DNA of 64,000 bases from Dehalococcoidia bacterium. Lineage in GTDB: Bacteria > Chloroflexota > Dehalococcoidia > UBA2979. The stretch lies in the NCBI GenBank assembly GCA_041690175.1, contig JAWLHV010000005.1:92494-156493 (forward strand), in the 5' to 3' direction. The translations under genes were made by a program, and so were the position numbers. Below the pieces are notes generated by a model, which was not told where the DNA came from, searched no databases, and saw nothing but the letters and a program-made list of their open reading frames with translations. Positions 57,798 to 64,000 of this stretch are shown here, in pieces (position 1 is the first letter of the stretch; each line of letters begins with the position of its first letter).

Positions 57798-60170
57798 CGG
57801 CCCGCCCTGGACGCGGCCGAGCCGGAACACGCGACGCACCACCAGGCGGCGCAGCACGTTGCGGACCGTGCGGTACTGCTCGTCCGCCTGCTCCCGCTGG
57901 TCCTCGGTCTCCTCTGCGGCCTCGGGCCCGCCATAGCGCACGCCCGTGTACGAGCGCGCCAGCCCTCGCAGCGCCGCAGGCTCGCCGATGCGTGGGGCCA
58001 GGTCCTCCGCCGACTCAGCCGGCGTGCGGTCGTCCAGCACGCCGAAGCCGGCCCATGACGCCAGCCGTTGCACCTTTGCCCAGCGCCGCTCCGCCGGTGC
58101 GAGGCCCGCGTAGGCGCGCTCCCACCAGAACCGCGCGATCACGATGAGCACGATCGCCAGCGTGGAGGCGATGAGCGTCCACGCGATGATCCGCCCCACC
58201 GTCTCCCGCAGCGCGCTGTCCTCCGTGGTGATCGCCTCGCCACCCGCGGCGCTGTCCCGGAACTCCTCGTCCAGCAGGTCCAGCAGCAAGTCGTCCAGCA
58301 GGGCATTGAAGTCGTCGTCCACCGCCGGATCCACGGCGTCGCGCGCGTCGCGAGCGGCATCATCACTTTCAGGACGGCCCACTACACCCCGGCTGGGGGT
58401 TGGGTTGAACTCCACCCAGCCCAGGCCCGGGAAGAACACCTCCGGCCATGCCCACGCGCGTTCCTCGGTCACGCGGTATGCCTTGGTCTCCGCGTCCAGG
58501 TCGGCATCGTCCAGCGCAAACCCCACAGCCACACGGGTGGGGATGCCCAGGGAGCGCAGCATCACGGCCATGGAGGAGGAGAACTGGTCGAAGTAGCCCT
58601 GCTGAGACTCCAGCAGGAAGTGGGCGACCGCGTCTGAACCGGGCGGAGCCGCCTCGATGGCGAGCGAGAACTGGTAGTTCTGCCGCAGGTACGTCTCCAC
58701 GAGGCGGGCGGCCTCGTACGGCGTCTGCGCGCCGCTGGTCACGGTGCTGGCCAGGTCCGCCACCTCCGGCGGCAGGTCCGGCGGGAGGGCCGTGTAACGG
58801 TCGCGGATGGACTGTGGGTAGTCCGTGCCGGCCTCCAGGAGCGTGGGGATCGCGGCCACGGAGACGGTGCCCACCGTGCTGTACGACGTGCCGGGCCGTA
58901 CGGCGCCGGCGCTGGGCACCAGTGCCAGCGCCCGTCCGGAGGAGTCCAGCAGCAGCCGCGCATCCGCGTCCGTGGTCACGGGATCGCCCGCCGAGAGCAG
59001 CGCGGCGCCGGGCGCGTGCTCGCTGACCACCGTCACTTCCACGCGCAGGGGTTCGCGGATCTCCGCGCGGCTCGCGGGCGTGCCGAGTTCCGCCGCCTCC
59101 ACGGTGGTGCCCAGCAGGTCCACCGGTGCTGCGGAGGACACCCGCCACCCGCGGCCGGTGTACTCGTCGTACACGGCGCCGCGGACGTTCATCTCGTCCT
59201 CCGCCACCACCTCGAAGAGCACCTCGGTGTTGAGGAAGATCTCGCCTTGCAGCGGCAGGGAGGCGCCCAGGGCGTGCACGGGGATCGGCTTCTTGGAGCC
59301 CACGCCCACGAACAACTGGCCCAGCCGGTCCACTCGCTCGTTCACGGGAGCCAGGACGCGTCCCCAGGTGTCCGCAACCGGGCCCCAGTTGTTCGCCGTG
59401 GGGATCACCCACGCGGCGGCTACTAGCACCAGCGCGACCACGCCGCCGGCAAAGACCACCTCCACGGACATGCCATCGCTGGGCTTGACGCCCTCGCTGG
59501 ACCACCGGTCCACCGCGCGCAGGTAAGTCAGGCGCGCCACCAGCAGTACCGCCGCCAGGATGAAGACCACGAAGGAGAAGGCCGGCTGCCCCGGCAGATA
59601 GGAGATGTTGGTGAGCAGGACGAAGCCGCCGGGCACCAGCGCCACCCACGGGTTCCGCCAGCGCACCACGGCCCAGGTGGACACGAACGCCACCAAGAAC
59701 ACGCTGCTGACCAGCAGCACCACGAACGGCAGAGGGTCCGTGGAAATGCCGGAGTCCACCAGCGCGCGGCCCCACTCCAGCAGGCGCAGCCGGAACTCCG
59801 ACCAGCGCGCCCCCAGGCCGGTGGCCTCCGGGTCTGCCAGCACCATGGTCTGCAGCACCAGGGCCACGGTGGTGACCGCGCCCACGCCCAGGCCCGCCAG
59901 CGCCGCCATGCCGCCGTTCAGGCGCATGTGGCCCAGCACCCACGCGGCCGTCAGGCCGGCAGCCGCCGGCGCGAGCAGCGAGGGCATCTCCGACACCCAG
60001 TCGGACGTCTGCAGCGACCCCACCACGGGCAACTGCACCAGGATCACCAGCGACAGCGTCAGCCAGGACTCCCACGACCGCCAGGTGCGCTCGCGCACCG
60101 GCGTCCCGGTCGGCCTTGACGGCTGGTGGGGCCGCTCGAAGTAGCGTTCGAAGGAGACGGCCTGCGCCAC
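57759..60170 (-). CDS. polytopic transglutaminase-like (DUF3488/TgpA-type) protein, apparently lacking catalytic triad
   Basis: N-terminal 6-7 TMs. The TGc core region reads QQGYFDQFSSSMAVMLRSLGIPTRVAVGF ... RAWAWPEVFFPGLGWVEFNPT. The Cys-, His- and Asp-equivalent positions read F, R and N. There is a C-terminal TM and an acidic tail. Confidence 0.75.
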   Translation of the reverse strand: MAQAVSFERYFERPHQPSRPTGTPVRERTWRSWESWLTLSLVILVQLPVVGSLQTSDWVSEMPSLLAPAAAGLTAAWVLGHMRLNGGMAALAGLGVGAVTTVALVLQTMVLADPEATGLGARWSEFRLRLLEWGRALVDSGISTDPLPFVVLLVSSVFLVAFVSTWAVVRWRNPWVALVPGGFVLLTNISYLPGQPAFSFVVFILAAVLLVARLTYLRAVDRWSSEGVKPSDGMSVEVVFAGGVVALVLVAAAWVIPTANNWGPVADTWGRVLAPVNERVDRLGQLFVGVGSKKPIPVHALGASLPLQGEIFLNTEVLFEVVAEDEMNVRGAVYDEYTGRGWRVSSAAPVDLLGTTVEAAELGTPASRAEIREPLRVEVTVVSEHAPGAALLSAGDPVTTDADARLLLDSSGRALALVPSAGAVRPGTSYSTVGTVSVAAIPTLLEAGTDYPQSIRDRYTALPPDLPPEVADLASTVTSGAQTPYEAARLVETYLRQNYQFSLAIEAAPPGSDAVAHFLLESQQGYFDQFSSSMAVMLRSLGIPTRVAVGFALDDADLDAETKAYRVTEERAWAWPEVFFPGLGWVEFNPTPSRGVVGRPESDDAARDARDAVDPAVDDDFNALLDDLLLDLLDEEFRDSAAGGEAITTEDSALRETVGRIIAWTLIASTLAIVLIVIARFWWERAYAGLAPAERRWAKVQRLASWAGFGVLDDRTPAESAEDLAPRIGEPAALRGLARSYTGVRYGGPEAAEETEDQREQADEQYRTVRNVLRRLVVRRVFRLGRVQGGPLARRGPTSAIVR

Positions 60171-60173
60171 GGG

Positions 60174-61457
60174 CTACACCTTCCCGCTACCCGGCTCGGC
60201 AGCCATGCGCGCGGACTCGCGTTCGGTATCGATGCCGGCGGAGAGCACGCGACCAATGTCGTCCGTCTGCTTCACGGTGAACGTGTAAACGCCGCCCGAA
60301 GCCAGCGTGCTGTAGGCGTCCAGCGGGCTGGGCGCGTCCGCGAAGGTGTTGGCCTCCAGCAGCACCGCCGCCACCTTCACGCCACGCGTGGAGAGCGAGA
60401 TCAGCGTCAGTGGCCAGTCGGGGTCGGTTGAGGGCGTGACCACCACCACCGTCGTGTGCCGGCCGAAGCGGCGGGACTCCTCCAGGAGCAGGTTGGAGAG
60501 CGGTGCGTCGCCCACCGCGCGCGCCATGGCCAGCGTCTCCAGCATGCGCGTGTAGTGGTTCTGGCCGCGGTCCGGCTCATCGATCCGCAGGTCCTGCCCG
60601 AACGTCATCAGGCCCACCGTGCGGTTCTGCTGGATGAAGTACCGGCAGATCGAGGCGGCGACGGACACGGCCGTCTCCTCCGTGGAGTCCTCGCCCACGC
60701 CCACGTGGTGGCGGGCCTCCAGGTCCAGCACTACCCAGATGTCAGAGGCCGGGTCTAGTTCGAACAACTTGACCATCGGGTCGCCCATGCGGGCGGTGGC
60801 CGGCCAGTGGATGCGGTTGTAGGAGTCTCCCGGCTGGTAGGGGCGCAGGCCCGACACGTTGGGCGTGACGTTGTGCGTGCGGCGCCGGATGCGGCCCTCG
60901 CCCGGCAGGTTCGCCGGTGGCACGTAAAAATTGGCCAGGTCCGGGGCGTTCGGGTACACGAGGATCGAGGTGGGTTCGCCAAACGTGCGCGTGACGCGGA
61001 AGAAGCCGAACGGATCGGACGCCGTGACGCGCACCGGCCCCAGCGTGTAGACGCCGCGCAGCCGCGTGCGCGTCCGGTAACTCCAGGAGGTCACGCCGCG
61101 CACGCCCAGCGTGAGCACGCGATGCGCGGAGTGGCCGGGCACCGAGGACGGATCCTCCACCTCCAGCCACACCTTGGGCAGCAGGGAGCGGGAGCGCACC
61201 CAGATCTGACCCTCGAGGGGCTGGCCCTGGGTGACGCGCTGATCCGTGCGGCGGACCTCCACCTCCAGGCCGCGCGCCATCTCGCGTGTCCAGAAGTACG
61301 CGAGCGGGATGGCAATGACGATGACGTAGGCCAGCCGGAATAGCAGCCAGAAGCCGGTGGCGAACCCCACCACCACGCAGATCGCCGCGACGAACGCGGT
61401 CACGGAGACATTGGGATGGCCCCGGACCCAGGCGACGGCGCCGGCCACGGTCTCCAT
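60174..61457 (-). CDS. DUF58 protein with N-terminal TM helices
   Basis: YNRIHWPATARMGDPMVKLFE...IWVVLDL matches the DUF58 core. It is tightly packed between the MoxR gene (6-nt gap upstream) and the transglutaminase-like gene (3-nt gap downstream). Confidence 0.85.
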   Translation of the reverse strand: METVAGAVAWVRGHPNVSVTAFVAAICVVVGFATGFWLLFRLAYVIVIAIPLAYFWTREMARGLEVEVRRTDQRVTQGQPLEGQIWVRSRSLLPKVWLEVEDPSSVPGHSAHRVLTLGVRGVTSWSYRTRTRLRGVYTLGPVRVTASDPFGFFRVTRTFGEPTSILVYPNAPDLANFYVPPANLPGEGRIRRRTHNVTPNVSGLRPYQPGDSYNRIHWPATARMGDPMVKLFELDPASDIWVVLDLEARHHVGVGEDSTEETAVSVAASICRYFIQQNRTVGLMTFGQDLRIDEPDRGQNHYTRMLETLAMARAVGDAPLSNLLLEESRRFGRHTTVVVVTPSTDPDWPLTLISLSTRGVKVAAVLLEANTFADAPSPLDAYSTLASGGVYTFTVKQTDDIGRVLSAGIDTERESARMAAEPGSGKV

Positions 61458-61462
61458 GGTGG

Positions 61463-62419
61463 CTACGCGCCGCCGCGCGCGCGCACGCCGGGGACGGCTA
61501 CGCGGTGGATGACCTCGTCAATGACCTGCGCGGGATCGATGTCGCGGACGCGGGCGCTGGGGCTGACGATCACCCGGTGGCCCAGCACGGAGTACGCCAG
61601 CGCCTTCACGTCGTCCGGCTGTACGAAGTCGCGCCCGTCCAGCATGGCGTACGCCTGCGTGGCCCGCATGAGGCCCAGTGAGCCTCGAGGTGACGCGCCC
61701 AGGTAGACGGACTCGTGCTCACGCGTGGCCGTGACCAGGTTCACGATGTACTGCTTGATCAGGGGGTCCACGTAGATCTTGCCCACCGCGTCCTGCAGTT
61801 CCAGCAGTTCCGCCGGGCTGACCACCTGCTGCAGTGCCTCAATGGGGTGGCGCTCCTGCTGCGCGTCCATGATCAGCACCTCGTCCGTGGCGGACGGGTA
61901 GCCCAGGTGGATGCGCATCAGGAAGCGGTCCAACTGCGCCTCCGGCAGCGGGAAGGTGCCCTCGTACTCAATGGGGTTCTGGGTGGCCATCACCATGTGC
62001 GGCGAGGGCAGGCGGTGGGTGATGCCGTCCACCGTGACCTGGTGTTCCTCCATGGCCTCCAGGAGCGCGGACTGCGTCTTGGGGGTGGCGCGGTTCACCT
62101 CGTCCGCCAGGACGATCTCGGACATGATCGGCCCGGCCCGGAAGGTGAACTCGCCCGTGCCCTGCTGGTAGATCGAGACGCCGGTCACGTCCGTGGGGAG
62201 CAGGTCCGGCGTGAACTGGATCCGAGAGAAACGACACCCCGTGGACTTCGCCAGGGCCCTCGCCAGCATGGTCTTGCCCACGCCGGGGACGTCCTCGATG
62301 AGCAAGTGCCCGCGACAGAGGAGCGTGACCAGCGCCAAGCGCGCCTCCTCCGTCTTGCCGATGATCACGTGCTCCACGTTGGAGAGCACGCGCTCCGCAA
62401 CAATCCTGGGATCCTCCAT
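61463..62419 (-). CDS. MoxR-family AAA+ ATPase
   Basis: Start at [11 protein letters not shown] (ATG 62419, with GGAGG 7 nt upstream). Walker A DVPGVGKT, Walker [11 protein letters not shown], and [23 protein letters not shown]. Confidence 0.9.
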   Translation of the reverse strand: MEDPRIVAERVLSNVEHVIIGKTEEARLALVTLLCRGHLLIEDVPGVGKTMLARALAKSTGCRFSRIQFTPDLLPTDVTGVSIYQQGTGEFTFRAGPIMSEIVLADEVNRATPKTQSALLEAMEEHQVTVDGITHRLPSPHMVMATQNPIEYEGTFPLPEAQLDRFLMRIHLGYPSATDEVLIMDAQQERHPIEALQQVVSPAELLELQDAVGKIYVDPLIKQYIVNLVTATREHESVYLGASPRGSLGLMRATQAYAMLDGRDFVQPDDVKALAYSVLGHRVIVSPSARVRDIDPAQVIDEVIHRVAVPGVRARGGA

Positions 62420-62636
62420 GACGCCTCCGATCAAGGCTGACCTTGGACGGTCAGGCTGGGACAGTCAGGCTGGGACGTCCCTGTGAAGGACACCCGCGAG
62501 CGCGTTGCCGGGTCAAGAGGGTGGGAGTGTACCGGGCTCTGCCACACCCGATGTGGGCGGAGTATAGCAATGACGCAAGTCATCTCCCCTGTCCCGGGCG
62601 TTACGATCGAAACCACGGTGCAACCTTCTCGGATCT

Positions 62637-63641
62637 ATGCCTGACCGGCCGCGAGGGCGGCGCTTCACTCGTCGAGCGGTGCTCGCGGGGGCCCTCGGCG
62701 TGCCGCTGGCCGCCCTGCTGGGCGCCTGTGGGGAAGAGGCGGAGCCGCCGGCAGCCGTGATCACCGGCACTCCCTTCGACCCCCCGACCGCAACCCCCAG
62801 TCCCACCACCACCGCGGAGGCGCCTCCCGGCACCCTGGAGGCGGCATTGGACCCGGCCGAGGTGGGCCAGGGCGAGAGCACCGTGCTGCTGGCCCGCCAG
62901 CCCGGCGCCGCCTCCGGGAGCGTGCGGTTCGTGGGGAAGCGCTATCCCCTGCTCGGCGAGGGCGACCAGGGGCACCTCTGGGCGGTACTAGGCGTGGGCC
63001 TGGGCGTGCCGCTGGGTGAAGACGTGGCTACGGTCACCACGCGCGACCGCGCCGGCGGCCCGCTGACCACGCTGGAGGTGCCGTTCACCGTGGTCAGCGT
63101 CCCGCGTCCGGTGGACTACCTGACGGCGAGCGCGGAGGTCACGGCCGTCCTGACGCCGGAGGCTGCGGAGATCGAGGCCGCCCTCCGCACCTTCGCGCAG
63201 TTCAACCGCTTCGAGGCGCGTCCCCGCTGGAACGGCCGGCTGGCGATGCCGGCCGAGGGCTTCATCACCACGGAGTTCGGCCAGGGCCGCTCGATCAACG
63301 GAGGCCCCGTGGGCGGCTTCCACAGCGGCGTGGATATCGCGAACGCAGCAGGAACCTCGATCCTGGCTCCCGCAGCGGGCCGCGTGGCATGGGTGGACGC
63401 GATGCCCATCCGCGGCAACAGCGTCCTGCTGGACCACGGCGCAGGCGTGGTCACCGGCTACCACCACCTGCTGGAGGCCACCCGCGAGGTTGGCGACTTC
63501 GTCGAAGAGGGTGATGAGATCGCGAAGATGGGTTCAACAGGGTTCTCTACCGGTCCCCACCTCCACTGGGAGATGACGATCTACGGCGTCAACGTGGACC
63601 CGCTGACGTGGACGCGGGAGATCTTCCTGCCGCGGGCGTAG
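62637..63641 (+). CDS. Tat-secreted lipoprotein-type M23 family metallopeptidase
   Basis: RRFTRRAVLAGALG twin-arginine signal with LGAC lipobox. M23 motifs HSGVDI, NSVLLDHGAG and GPHLHWE. Confidence 0.85.
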   Translation: MPDRPRGRRFTRRAVLAGALGVPLAALLGACGEEAEPPAAVITGTPFDPPTATPSPTTTAEAPPGTLEAALDPAEVGQGESTVLLARQPGAASGSVRFVGKRYPLLGEGDQGHLWAVLGVGLGVPLGEDVATVTTRDRAGGPLTTLEVPFTVVSVPRPVDYLTASAEVTAVLTPEAAEIEAALRTFAQFNRFEARPRWNGRLAMPAEGFITTEFGQGRSINGGPVGGFHSGVDIANAAGTSILAPAAGRVAWVDAMPIRGNSVLLDHGAGVVTGYHHLLEATREVGDFVEEGDEIAKMGSTGFSTGPHLHWEMTIYGVNVDPLTWTREIFLPRA

Positions 63642-63664
63642 TGCTGCAGTTCGGTCAGCGGTGG

Positions 63665-64000
63665 CTAGGACGCGCGCCGCGCCACGAGGCAGCCCCAGTT
63701 CCCCTCTGTCTCGTACGCGACTTCCTCGAGGCCAACCGCGGACAGGTGGCCCCGCACCTCCTCCACATCGCGCAGGATGAAGCCGCTGGCCACCACGAGC
63801 CCGCCCTCTCGGGCAGCCGCCGCGAGGGCCGGCGCGAGGCGCTCGATGACCAGGGATGAGATGTTCGCCAGCACCAGGTCATAGCCTCCCGCGGCACGGT
63901 CGGGCCACGGCCAGTCCGGGCCGAGCGAGCCGGCGGCGAACTCGATCTCCTGCTCGATGCCGTTGCGACTGGCGTTCTCCCGCGCCACCTCGATGGTCGC
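63665..64000 (-). CDS. prmA: ribosomal protein L11 methyltransferase, 3' part (gene continues beyond window)
   Basis: The C-terminal SAM-MTase segment YDLVLANISSLVIERLAPALAAA...GGLVVASGF matches the PrmA C-terminus. The frame is open to the window end. Confidence 0.65.
   Translation of the reverse strand, partial: ATIEVARENASRNGIEQEIEFAAGSLGPDWPWPDRAAGGYDLVLANISSLVIERLAPALAAAAREGGLVVASGFILRDVEEVRGHLSAVGLEEVAYETEGNWGCLVARRAS

Overview
This 64-kb window is a high-GC (about 70%) bacterial chromosomal segment with very dense coding on both strands. Most of it is recognisable housekeeping. Genes present include clpP (5' truncated), asd, dapA, purA, rho, fabH/fabF, rnhA, dnaE, mug and prmA (truncated at the window end), plus SulP and EamA transporters, a two-component system, a tRNA-Pro, and numerous enzymes. 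An F420-type luciferase-like oxidoreductase, an Arg/Gly-rich Rho N-terminus and Tat/LysM-M23 peptidases suggest a high-GC Gram-positive-like lineage such as Actinobacteria or Chloroflexi; I cannot place it more precisely from sequence alone. Because of the GC content the six-frame track is full of long spurious ORFs. I kept only frames whose products show recognisable family motifs or clean signal-peptide/TM architecture.

The accessory-looking part of the window is 49.2-62.4 kb. It starts with a three-gene cassette behind a locally AT-richer leader. The middle gene is a SipW/ER-type signal peptidase I carrying an unusual ~400-aa multi-TM C-terminal extension. It is flanked by two small exported proteins that share a distinctive N-terminal motif, STA[GA]N[TS]V..[TS]RAG[VI]. 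One of them carries RTX-like calcium-binding repeats. Immediately downstream lie two convergent MoxR-DUF58 modules. One is Bat-like (MoxR, DUF58, membrane protein, vWA, vWA-TPR). The other is MoxR, DUF58 and a polytopic transglutaminase-like protein whose Cys/His/Asp catalytic triad appears replaced by Phe/Arg/Asn.

Other points worth a second look:
- an HD-GYP-like/LuxR fusion regulator next to a two-component system;
- a stand-alone HsdR-N-type PD-(D/E)xK nuclease-fold protein;
- a lower-GC membrane-protein gene abutting the 3' end of tRNA-Pro;
- a long structured leader ahead of a LysM-M23 hydrolase gene;
- an ECF sigma factor translationally coupled to fabH/fabF;
- a DnaE with a C-terminal extension.

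No CRISPR array, transposase or integrase was recognised.
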